This document shows positions 18,889 to 29,274 of a DNA stretch of 45,371 nucleotides, in pieces. Numbering within the stretch: the stretch's first letter is position 1; every line of letters begins with the position of its first letter. Position numbers and translations under genes: made by a program. Origin of the DNA: Thraustochytrium aureum (lineage: Eukaryota); NCBI GenBank assembly GCA_012862495.1, contig BLSG01000411.1, forward strand, positions 298,411-343,781. Direction: 5' to 3'. The notes beneath the pieces are model-generated. The model was not told the DNA's origin. It was given only the letters and a program-made list of their open reading frames with translations, and ran no database searches.

Positions 18889-19671
18889 TCACACGATCCG
18901 CTCCAGCTCGTGCGCGTAGTTGAGACTCTCCTTGATGATCTGGTGCGAGGGGATTTGATCGGCAAGGTCGCCGGCCTCGTCTGTCTTGAAGCGGATGTTG
19001 GATCCGTCCACTACCCACGAATCCTTCATCGCAACGAAGTCCTCGAGAGCCTTTTGCGAAGGCAGGTTCATGAGCTTTTGGGCTGAGGCCACAGTCAAGG
19101 TCGGGTAGGCGATTTCGATACAGCTTGCGATCTCCTCGCGGACGGTCTCCTCAAGGTTTTCGAGCAGCCAGGTGTACGTCTTGCTTGGCGTCCGCTTCCG
19201 CGCAGCTAGGACCTTGTTGTAGCTGCCCTCCATCAGAAACTGCTCGAGCTGCACCACAAACGTGATGAACTTGTTCTCGCGCTCGGCCATAGGCACAAGC
19301 TCGAGGAGCGAATGAAACTCGGCAAGGCGAGAGTCGACAAGCAAGGTGAGGAGCTCCAGCGCGATCATCTCGCTGCGCTTTGGCGAGTCGCCCAGCTCGT
19401 TGCGATACTCAAAGTTGAACGGGCGGAGCAGGAGAAGGTGGCGCTCCAGCTGCTTGATATCCTTGCCGGCGACACTCAGCAGAACCGCTGACTCGTAGAT
19501 ATCGCGCGCCAGCGTGCGCTCCTTCTTGGACGCAGCGGTGGACGCCGTGCTCGGCGGCAGGGTGGCAAACTCTGTCAACGCAATCTTTGCTTTGCGCAGG
19601 ACATCTTCACTCTGCTCAGCCTTGCCCGCGTCGGCGAGCTTGCGCAGCTCTTTAGCAAGCGCTTCCGCCAT
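18889..19671 (-). CDS. RPN12: 26S proteasome regulatory subunit RPN12 (PSMD8), 260 aa
   Basis: MAEALAKEL... ARDIYESAVLLS, LLVDSRLAEFHSLLE, LEQFLMEGSYNKV, ETVREEIASCIEIAY, C-terminal IPSHQIIKESLNYAHELERIV. Confidence 0.96.
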   Translation of the reverse strand: MAEALAKELRKLADAGKAEQSEDVLRKAKIALTEFATLPPSTASTAASKKERTLARDIYESAVLLSVAGKDIKQLERHLLLLRPFNFEYRNELGDSPKRSEMIALELLTLLVDSRLAEFHSLLELVPMAERENKFITFVVQLEQFLMEGSYNKVLAARKRTPSKTYTWLLENLEETVREEIASCIEIAYPTLTVASAQKLMNLPSQKALEDFVAMKDSWVVDGSNIRFKTDEAGDLADQIPSHQIIKESLNYAHELERIV

Positions 19672-19994
19672 CGCGCGCGTCCTCTGCCCCTGCCTTTGGC
19701 GCGCTTGGACTGCCCCACCAGGACTCGTGCGGCTCCTCTCTGTTCGGCTCTGTCTGTGTTCTGTTCTGAATGAATTCTGGTGTCGGCCGTTGTGTTCCTT
19801 GCGCTTCCTTCGTGGGAGTACAAGAAGATCATTCTCTCGCAGAGTCGGACGCAGACGCGCAACGAGCAGCGCAACAGTCGCCAGCGAGCGAGCAGCCGAG
19901 GCGCGCGGGCAGGGCGAAGGCAGGGCGGCGCGGAGATGAAGCGGAGACGAGGCCAGCCGACGGCGGAGCGGCGCAGCGGCGGAGCGGCGCAGCG

Positions 19995-21742
19995 CGCGCG
20001 AGGTGGGTGGCAACGTTTTTAGAGACGTTCCTGGTGCAACCCGGCAAGGCTAGTCTCCGGACCACGAAGGGCCGCTTCACTGTGGAGGAGGGCCCGTTCA
20101 TCGAGGNNNNNNNNNNNNNNNNNNNNNNNNNNNNNNNNNNNNNNNNNNNNNNNNNNNNNNNNNNNNNNNNNNNNNNNNNNNNNNNNNNNNNNNNNNNNNN
20201 NNNNNNNNNNNNNNNNNNNNNNNNNNNNNNNNNNNNNNNNNNNNNNNNNNNNNNNNNCCTTGGATCGCTATGTTAACAAAGTCACCACCGAGGAGATCGG
20301 CAGCGTCGGAGCATCGGCGGGCGCTTCGTCCATCCCATTGCGACGGCAATCGTGGTCTCTGGGGCCGGCGTCTGCCTTTGCAGCAGTTAAAAGGGTGATG
20401 GCGAAAGGCGGAGAGGTTGCAGCGAGCTCTGAGACCTGGTTCACGGTGCAGCAAACACTGATGGATGCAACGTTCAACTTTGTTCTCGGCGGCAAGCGTT
20501 CGCTAATTAGTGCGGGAGCGAAGGACCTGATCGAGCATGGCATCGCAGCAGTGCAGACGCAGGGACGCGGTCGTCGGGGACAGCTCCGTTATGGGCGTGG
20601 TGGACGAGCCGCTTATTGTGCAAGCGTGTGCCAACTACTTTCGCATCAACGCGGCTGTGACGGCGCGGCTGGGCCAGCAAGATGGCTCGAGCGCTCAAGG
20701 GAACGCGTTTGAGAAGTTTGTGCTCCCCGCCATCCAGTCAAACTTTGACGGGGTCTTGAGATCGCTGAAAGAGGCACCCGAGGGCTACTCTGTCCCAGTG
20801 CATTCTGCGTACGGGGTTCTCGCGCTTGCCTGCACGGAGAGCATCAGCGAGACCATCCAGTGGATCGAGAGGGCAACTGCGGCTCGCTTCGAAGGCCTTG
20901 TCGAGCCGTTCTGCTACCCTGATATCTACTTTGGGCCGGATGTTTTGTTTCTCATGTGGGATGACAAGCAGAGCGACTTTCTGCCGGTTCTTGCTCAACT
21001 CAAGCTGCGCAAGAAAGTGGCCAGCCAGCCTGCCGCCTTGCGCACCATTTTCCCGGAGCTTTTGTACCACGAGAAGCGGGGCAAGAGCGCAGAGGCTTGC
21101 ACGAACATGACCGCCNNNNNNNNNNNNNNNNNNNNNNNNNNNNNNNNNNNNNNNNNNNNNNNNNNNNNNNNNNNNNNNNNNNNNNNNNNNNNNNNNNNNN
21201 NNNNNNNNNNNNNNNNNNNNNNNNNNNNNNNNNNNNNNNNNNNNNNNNNNNNNNNNNNNNNNNNNNNNNNNNNNNNNNNNNNNNNNNNNNNNNNNNNNNN
21301 NNNNNNNNNNNNNNNNNNNNNNNNNNNNNNNNNNNNNNNNNNNNNNNNNNNNNNNNNNNNNNNNNNNNNNNNNNNNNNNNNNNNNNNNNNNNNNNNNNNN
21401 NNNNNNNNNNNNNNNNNNNNNNNNNNNNNNNNNNNNNNNNNNNNNNNNCAGCAGTCTGCGGCATGGGACGCGGCGAAAGTGGCGCTCCTTAACATCGACG
21501 CCGGGTCCAAGAAGCGCAAACGCAAGCTAGTGCGCCTAATGGTTCAGTATCCTGCCATCGCAACCGCGGCTGCAACCACGGGGCTCGTTGCTTTCGACCA
21601 AGTCACGAGGTCCAAGAGGGCTCGCAAGCAGGAAGACTGCGACGTGCTCATCGTCATTGATGCCAAAAACGCAGACAGCCTGTTCGACAGCGTCAGCCAA
21701 TCGGTTCTCCAAAAGTTGAAAGCAGTAGTGGTTTCTCGTTAG
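19995..21742 (+). pseudogene. Crinkler (CRN)-like protein fragment: tail of a CR-NTPase region plus PD-(D/E)xK-type REase domain; 5'-truncated, +1 frameshift at GGG 20562-20564, two N-gaps
   Basis: RARWVATFLETFL..., LIEHGIA, VVDEPLIVQA, QGNAFEKF, PFCYPDIYFGPDVLFLM, VLAQLKL, ALRTIFPELLY, VRLMVQYP. This is the remembered pattern of fungal/protist CRN-type NTPase+REase proteins. No Walker A/B part and no room for it before RPN12. Confidence 0.6.
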
Positions 21743-22491
21743 GACGAAGTGGGAAAAGTAAGATGGATTGTGTTGACGAAAGGAAAGCTTGTGTGATTTG
21801 GGGTCTGTCTTGCCGCAATGAGCGGCGATAACCGAGGCCAGACTTTCTCTAGAGAACGATTGTCTACAATCTGCAGCTGCGCAGATGAGCTCAATCCTGT
21901 TTGCACTGATCTGCTCATCGCTTGGATACGTCGCCCACCGCCAACAAGAACGAGTGACTTGGGGGCCACAATCAGTATTGATTCTTTCCAAAACGGTAAG
22001 GTTGGCGCAGTCAAACAACTTGATCCTGTTGCACGAGCTGCGCCCGATCCATGTCCGTTTGCGCGGTGCAACAGGACATGCTCAATGCACTGCAGCATGA
22101 ATCTGATGTCCGGCGCAGTCAGCGCGACGTCTGTGCGCAGGGGCTGCTTTTGGTCCGGGCCGCAAACGCGAATTGAGGTGAGACGACACAGCGAGGCGAT
22201 TGGCGAGTGGGAGTCGACGCTTGGCCTCCTGCACCTGCACATTTGTCGCAAGCCGGTTTATGGATCTCGGCCGCATTGGCGGAGCGTACTTGCTACTCGT
22301 AGGGCAAGTGCAACGAGGCGCTGTGGCACCGCCAGGTCGAAGGGGCGCTCCATGAACTCTGTTGGATAGAAGAGAAGGGCCTCTCCGATCAACTCACTCT
22401 CAGATAAACTGCAGCGCCTTTCGGCCGGCAGGCCGCGGCCTTTGGACGAGGAGGTTGTCATTTCTGGGAGTCGGGCTGACGCTGCACACAT
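21739..22491 (-). pseudogene. Decayed gene of unknown family (about 250 codons, one in-frame TAA at 22258-22260)
   Basis: ORFs 22258..22491 and 21739..22251 are in the same frame and separated by one stop. Translation is protein-like (ELIGEALLFYPTEFMERPFDL; APDIRFMLQCIEHVLLH). The 3' part is homologous to 18575-18763. Confidence 0.4.
21773..21946. repeat. Dispersed repeat copy B
   Basis: Same-orientation homolog of 18575-18763. Confidence 0.9.
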
Positions 22492-22557
22492 TCAGCAAGG
22501 CTCGTGCATTCAATGTTCTTGCGTTTCTCCGAGTCCGAGGCCGCAAAGCCTTCAGGA

Positions 22558-22598
22558 GAGAAAGAAAGAAAGAATGAAAGAAAGACAGCGAAAGAAAG
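22558..22598. repeat. Imperfect (GAAA)n microsatellite next to a gap
   Basis: gagaaagaaagaaagaatgaaagaaag..., read directly. Confidence 0.8.
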
Positions 22599-23146
22599 CG
22601 CACTTNNNNNNNNNNNNNNNNNNNNNNNNNNNNNNNNNNNNNNNNNNNNNNNNNNNNNNNNNNNNNNNNNNNNNNNNNNNNNNNNNNNNNNNNNNNNNNN
22701 NNNNNNNNNNNNNNNNNNNNNNNNNNNNNNNNNNNNNNNNNNNNNNNNNNNNNNNNNNNNNNNNNNNNNNNNNNNNNNNNNNNNNNNNNNNNNNNNNNNN
22801 NNNNNNNNNNNNNNNNNNNNNNNNNNNNNNNNNNNNNNNNNNNNNNNNNNNNNNNNNNNNNNNNNNNNNNNNNNNNNNNNNNNNNNNNNNNNNNNNNNNN
22901 NNNNNNNNNNNNNNNNNNNNNNNNNNNNNNNNNNNNNNNNNNNNNNNNNNNNNNNNNNNNNNNNNNNNNNNNNNNNNNNNNNNNNNNNNNNNNNNNNNNN
23001 NNNNNNNNNNNNNNNNNNNNNNNNNNNNNNNNNNNNNNNNNNNNNNNNNNNNNNNNNNNNNNNNNNNNNNNNNNNNNNNNNNNNNNNNNNNNNNNNNNNN
23101 NNNNNNNNNNNNNNNNNNNNNNNNNNNNNNNNNNNNNNNNNNNNNN

Positions 23147-25818
23147 CGGAGGCTAAGGAACGCCGCGAATGCGAGTTCGAGCGCCGCATGGACCAAGTCC
23201 GTCAGCACCTGGGCCGCGTCCGCGCGCGCTGCGACCAGGCGCGCATGGTGCGCCGTCTGCAGGGCTGGTGGCGTCTTGCCACGAACAAGCGCAAGGTGGC
23301 TGTTTCCTTCACTCGCAATGGCGCGGGCCAGGCCCTGCACGCGGTGTTCCGGCCGACCCTCGAGGCCACGCAGCCCTCCTTTGACGATCTGGCCGAGCAC
23401 CTGGGCAACCCGGACGTGATCGCCGCTGCTCGGCAGTTCCTGGATGGGCTCAAGCTGCGTCGCGCTCGCTCGCCTCGCGCTGCTACGTCAGTCAGCGCTG
23501 CGCGCTCGTTCCTGGCCATGCTGATGATTGTCTTTCATCCAGAGACAGTCCTCGGCTCTCACTCGGACAGCAGCCACCGCGAGGCGCTTCGCGCTCGCCT
23601 CGACCGCGCAGCGCGCAATCTGCACGACGTAGGGCGCAAACTCTTGGCCTGCCTCGACGAGGCGCAAGCGCGCTGTGGCAGCAAGTGGGCGCTCTGGGGC
23701 CGCCTCGTTCACGTTGTCCGCCTCACGCGCAGCGCTCACTTGGTCTATGCGCGGGCCTTCCTGACGTGGAAGCAAGTCGACGCGATTTGCCTCGCCGAGG
23801 AGCTCCTCGAGGCGTACGCTCAGATCAGCGACAACCACAGCGAGCTCCAAGATATGCTCTCCCAGGGCGCGCAAGCGGAGCACGACCCAGGGCTTCAGCA
23901 GCACCTTGCCGGGAACGCCGACCAGCTTGCCTCCCTCAGGTCCCGCGCTCAAAAGCTGCTCTCTGCGTCCCAGTTCGCCGAGTGGGTTGAGCGGGCAGAG
24001 GCCGCAGCACGCCGCAGGCGCGAGACCACCGAGCAGCAAGAGCGCGATTCCGCTGCTGCCAGCGCCCGCTCGCCTTCGCGCGCCACCAGTCCCGTGCAGC
24101 TCCCTGCGCAGCCCGCGAGCTTGGTCACTGTGCCGAGCAACGAGCAGATGGTTCACGAGCTGATGCTTGACCCTGCCTACCAGCTCTCCGCCTCCGAGCT
24201 GGTGGCAAACCTTGAGCGCCAGACCCTCGACGCTAAGCGGCTTTCCACCGACTTGATCGAGGGGCGATTCGACCTGCTTCTCGCCCTTGCTGACGCGGTA
24301 CGCACCAGACTCGGGGCGCTCACGCCGAACCGGGCCGACCTGTTGCGCGAGCTCAACGGCCGCTTGGACTCCGACCTCCTCCGACAGCAGCTTCAAGCCG
24401 GCGCCTTCGGTGTGGACGAGCTCTACGACCTCGTGCAGTACGTTGGCGAGAAAATCCTCGCGCTGCAGGCTCCGGCGCGCCAGAGCCAGACCGAGGCCTG
24501 GCTCGTCGAGCTCCACGTTCAGGCGTCGAGCAAGGGGGCGCGCTGGGAGCATCTCGCGCCTGGAGCCTTTGACCAGATCCTGCGCGAGCTGTCGTTCATC
24601 GACCTGGACATGGCCAATTTTCATCTCCGGGTGCTCGCTTCGCACCTGGAGGGCGACAGCGGCGTCGAGTACTTGCGTGGCCGTTTCGAGAGCCGCCTCG
24701 CGAAGGGCGAGTACCAGCGTGGCCCCCGCTCAGGCATGCCCGCCAAAACGGAGAGCTGGCTCACCGCCGCTTTCGAGAGCGTCGTCGGCAACGCGGCGAG
24801 CGCCTCGGCTCGCCTCGAGCTAGACGGAAGCGGAGCCGGTGCTGTGAGCGCGCCGGTGCTTCAAGATGTCCTTGTGGAAGGCTTTGTCCAGGTCCTCGCA
24901 GCGACGCGTGTCGCCTCAGTCGCGGAGATGTGCAGCCATTTGCCCGAAACCCTGCGCGAATTTGACGGCTCGCGTCTGTACCGGCTGAACGGCAAGCTCT
25001 CTGCCTTGTGCACCCTCGCCGTGCTCAATGTCATTATGGGCCAAGTTGTGCGTGCGACCGAAAAGCTCGCTCTCCGCGCAGACGATGTTGCGCTCAAGGA
25101 GGCCCAGCAAAAGCTCTTTGATCTGGTCCAGCCAGATGCGNNNNNNNNNNNNNNNNNNNNNNNNNNNNNNNNNNNNNNNNNNNNNNNNNNNNNNNNNNNN
25201 NNNNNNNNNNNNNNNNNNNNNNNNNNNNNNNNNNNNNNNNNNNNNNNNNNNNNNNNNNNNNNNNNNNNNNNNNNNNNNNNNNNNNNNNNNNNNNNNNNNN
25301 NNNNNNNNNNNNNNNNNNNNNNNNNNNNNNNNNNNNNNNNNNNNNNNNNNNNNNNNNNNNNNNNNNNNNNNNNNNNNNNNNNNNNNNNNNNNNNNNNNNN
25401 NNNNNNNNNNNNNNNNNNNNNNNNNNNNNNNNNNNNNNNNNNNNNNNNNNNNNNNNNNNNNNNNNNNNNNNNNNNNNNNNNNNNNNNNNNNNNNNNNNNN
25501 NNNNNNNNNNNNNNNNNNNNNNNNNNNNNNNNNNNNNNNNNNNNNNNNNNNNNNNNGCGTGCGATGCTTGACGCGCTGCTCCGCCAAGCCGAGGGCGCGC
25601 TCTCGGGGACTGTGCGCAGGCAGCTCGAGGGCATCATGCGCAAGGCGCTTCGCAGCCCTGGATACGACTACGACCAGCTTCTCAAGAAAGTGAGCTTGGA
25701 CCCGTGGAAGAGGGCAGTCGATGCAGTCCTGTGCGACGCGCGCAAGCTCTACCAACTCAACGTCCAGGTCCACGAGGCGCTTTACGTTGATTTGTACACC
25801 GATATCCGCGCGGGTTGA
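23147..25818 (+). CDS. T-complex protein 11 (TCP11/SOK1) family protein; 5' end in gap, internal gap 25141-25556
   Basis: ARSFLAMLMIVFHPETVL, FLTWKQVD, SNEQMVHELMLDP, LQAPAR, DMANFHL, LPETLREFDGSRL and NVQVHEALY are TCP11 family motifs, in the expected order. Confidence 0.9.
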
Positions 25819-26141
25819 GCGCGTTGCGCCGCCACTTGCGCGAACCCAGTGCAAGCTGGGCTGCTCAGCATACCACGCAGAACCAGGGCTTAGTAGGTAT
25901 CAATTCCCCCCAACGCGGTGTAAGAAAGCCAACCCTTTTCACGCTGAGGCCTGAGGGCGCCTCGGAGTTCATGCAACAAGTTGAGCAGGGGCAGAGGCTA
26001 TATATGGACTCACTCCTCCGCTGGTTGGTTCAGTACCGCGAGCTAGCTACAAAAAGGCCGACGAGATCTCCGGCCCCACGGCAGCGCCGCGACGCGCAAA
26101 AGCCCCTTACGGATCGAGACGCGCTATGTGAACAAGGGTTT

Positions 26142-28620
26142 CTACTGCCCCGACCCGGCGAGCAGCGGCGCGCAGTTCGGGCACAGCTTGGACTGAAGCG
26201 AACCCTGCTCGTCTAAGAGCTGCGTCACGTACGCAACGAGCTCCGAATTTTCCGTCTCCTTGGTTTCAAGCGCTGCTTTGGCATCAAAGATGCTGACCTT
26301 GAGCTTGCTGATCTCTTGCTCGTGCGCTCGTCGCTGCTCGCTGCGTTCGTTTTCATAATCCAGCAACGCGGTCTTGCGCGCCGTCAACAGGAGGCGATGC
26401 TCTTCCTCGACAGTGGCATGCTTGACACGCAGGTCGCCGAGCTCGACAGCGAGGTCGTCAAAGTCCTTTTCAATCGTGCTCCGGGCGTGGCCCTCCTTGG
26501 CAAGCTCGTCCTGGGCAGAGGCGAGCTCGCTCTTCACGTTCTCCAGCTCAACAGAAGCACTCTCAAAGTGTTCCTTGACCACAGCGAGCTCCTCAGCGAG
26601 AGCGGCGTTGTCCAGCTCGAGCTGCGTCTTGGCCTCCTGCATGTCCCGAAACGCTGGCTGTAGCCGGTCCCGCATGCCAAAGAACTGCGCCTTGACCTCG
26701 TCCACATGCGCTTTGAGCTCGTCGCGCGACTTTGTCATGACTTCGAGTTTGTCCATGAGCGACGTCTTCTCGCGTTGCGCTTCCGCCTCGTGGCGCTCCA
26801 GCTCGCGCGGAAACTCCTCATTCACAACCCGCTCTAGGCGGGCAATCTCCTGCCTCTGCGCGTCGGACTCGGTGCGCGCCTCGCCAGCAGCCTTTTCACT
26901 CTCTTCCTGGCGCGTGCGCAAGACGCTAACGTGCTCCTCGAGGTGGTCAACGCGAGCTCGAAGTTCGACGTTGCTGGACCTAGTCGACTCGAGGTCGCGC
27001 TTCAAGGTTTCGTTGGCCTCTGCAAACTCGCGAGCGACGGCCTCGATCTCGCCCATGGCCTGCTCAATTTGGTCCCGCTCGGTCTTGATGGCGGCCTTTA
27101 CGTGGCGCTCCATGTCTGCCTCTGCGTCCATCAGCTTGATGCGCATCTCGTTCATCTCCGCTTCGTGGGCCTCCTTGAGGCGCGCAAGCTGCGTCTCGGC
27201 GGCCTCGCCGCTCGAACTGTTGCGGAGTTCGTCAAGCTCGGCTGTTGCTCGCCGCAGCGCCTCCTGTGCAGCTTGCGCAGCGGCCTGAAGATCGGCAGTC
27301 GAGCCATCGTCCTCCGTTTGTGCACCAGCGTGGGAGGTAGAGCGCTGTGCTGACGCCTGTTCGACGGTCTGCGCCGCAACGCTCGCAGCGGGCGCTTCGC
27401 GAGCCGCGTTGGCGCCGGCCAGCGCCCGCTCAAGGGCTTCAATGCGCAAGTCCCGCGCGCGAAGTGCCTCTTCGAGACGGTGTGTAGATGCAGAGCTGGA
27501 AGGGCTGCAGGATCCAAGAGTCTCCGCAAGGGCTTCGATTGCGTCACGGGCGGCCTCATCTTGCGGCACGGGAGGTGGCGGGNNNNNNNNNNNNNNNNNN
27601 NNNNNNNNNNNNNNNNNNNNNNNNNNNNNNNNNNNNNNNNNNNNNNNNNNNNNNNNNNNNNNNNNNNNNNNNNNNNNNNNNNNNNNNNNNNNNNNNNNNN
27701 NNNNNNNNNNNNNNNNNNNNNNNNNNNNNNNNNNNNNNNNNNNNNNNNNNNNNNNNNNNNNNNNNNNNNNNNNNNNNNNNNNNNNNNNNNNNNNNNNNNN
27801 NNNNNNNNNNNNNNNNNNNNNNNNNNNNNNNNNNNNNGGACAACACCGTGTCGGCGGTGTCGATATGGATGCCCTCGACGTCCTCCCCGTCTTTGCCCTC
27901 CAACTCGCCCAACCCTCCGTCACAGGTATCCTGCGAGCCGCTCTGGTCAGCAGTCTCGGCGCTACCATCTTCTTCGCACCAAAACGTGTCGCCTCCCGTC
28001 TTGCACTCGGGCTCGCCAGCTCCCACTTCGGGCTCTGTGTCTTCGTTGTCAAGCTCCCCAGGAAAGGCATCTCCCATCGTTGGTTCAAGCTCAAGCGATT
28101 CAGTTGCGTTCAGTTGGTCTGGGTCTTGCTGCGAAGAGGTTTCAGGCCGCTCGCTGGCTTCATCTGGCGCTCCCAAATCGGAGAGCGCGTCGTGAAACTC
28201 GTCCACATCAGTCAAATGGGGTGTGCTCGGGGCAGATTTCGGCGTGGCGGGGCCGCTATCCTCGGATTCCTGCACATCCAGGTCCAGCGCCTCTGGCGCT
28301 GTCGCGCGGGTCGCTTCACTGGCGGAGCTGGCCAGGACCTGCTTTGCTCCGCTCGGACGCGGGGTGGCCTCACCACGCTCGAGCAAGTTGAGAGCCTCCT
28401 CCTCCTCCTCGCAGCCGTCGCCGCCCGCTGCCCTGAGCGTATTCGACCTGTCCTTGCCAGAAAACGTCCCAAGCGAAAGCCTCCGCGCTTTCGGTGCTTC
28501 TCCAGCCCTGGGCTCCACGCTCCCAAGCCCGTCCGCGCGCATCTTATTCTCCGCGTCGCCGCTCACGCGCGCGACATTCTCGTCCTGCGCGACGTTCTTG
28601 GCACGCCCAACCTCCTCCAT
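26142..28620 (-). CDS. Acidic low-complexity plus long coiled-coil protein with a TACC-like C-terminus (spans gap 27583-27837)
   Basis: An acidic N-part from ATG 28620 (MEEVGRAK...) and a heptad-rich C-part read in the same orientation across the gap. The end (ALETKETENSELVAYVTQLL) resembles TACC LEQK..EN.EL..IC..LI. Confidence 0.65.
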
Positions 28621-29274
28621 CTTCCGCAGGCCGCCCAGCAGGAAGAAAGCTCGCGTATCTCCTCCACGCGCGCTGGACCCACAGCAGCAATGGGCCGCTA
28701 GCGAGCAGCTTGCGATCAACTTGCGAGCGAGTAGCTAGCGAGTAGACTGCGAGCAGCGCGCTCGCCTCCTGCCGCTCCACTGCGCACTGCCGACGGCCTC
28801 CTCGAACTGCCCGACCCACCGCCGCAACAACCGCCACTTCGCTTTCCTAGTTTGGTAGAGTCCGTCTGCCCTCGCAAATTCCTCTTGGGACGGGAGTCGA
28901 TCGAGGAGCACGTGACGGGGGCACCGCGCGCGACGCGCAACCTGGGCGCCCGCCTTGTTCTCCGCGCGAGGCCGCACGTCGTGGCGGGGTTCGCTGTGAC
29001 GGGGAAGAAGGAACAAAGCACTGGGCTCGCTGGGTTCACTGGAAGGAATGACGTGACGGAGGGGTCACGCGCGACGCGGCCCGCGAGGGCGCGCCCCACC
29101 CGCGTGCTCGCGCGGCGCGCAGGTCACTCAGGGGGCACAAATGACGCGCGAGACGACCGGACTCGGGGTCAGCTCGAAGAATGGGACCGTTGCGCTTTGC
29201 CCGGGCAGAGCCGCATCGGGGCCGCGTCGTCGGAACGGGGCGCGCGGGGGGATGCGCCAGGGAACGCGAGGACG

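Noticed and set aside
19672..20013. N-terminal extension of RPN12 given by the ORF track
   Set aside because: Non-ATG start and low complexity; ATG 19671 gives the normal RPN12 length.
28852..29274. N-terminal extension of the WW ORF from TTG 28852
   Set aside because: GC-rich divergent promoter sequence; the first ATG at 29275 directly precedes the IQ motif.
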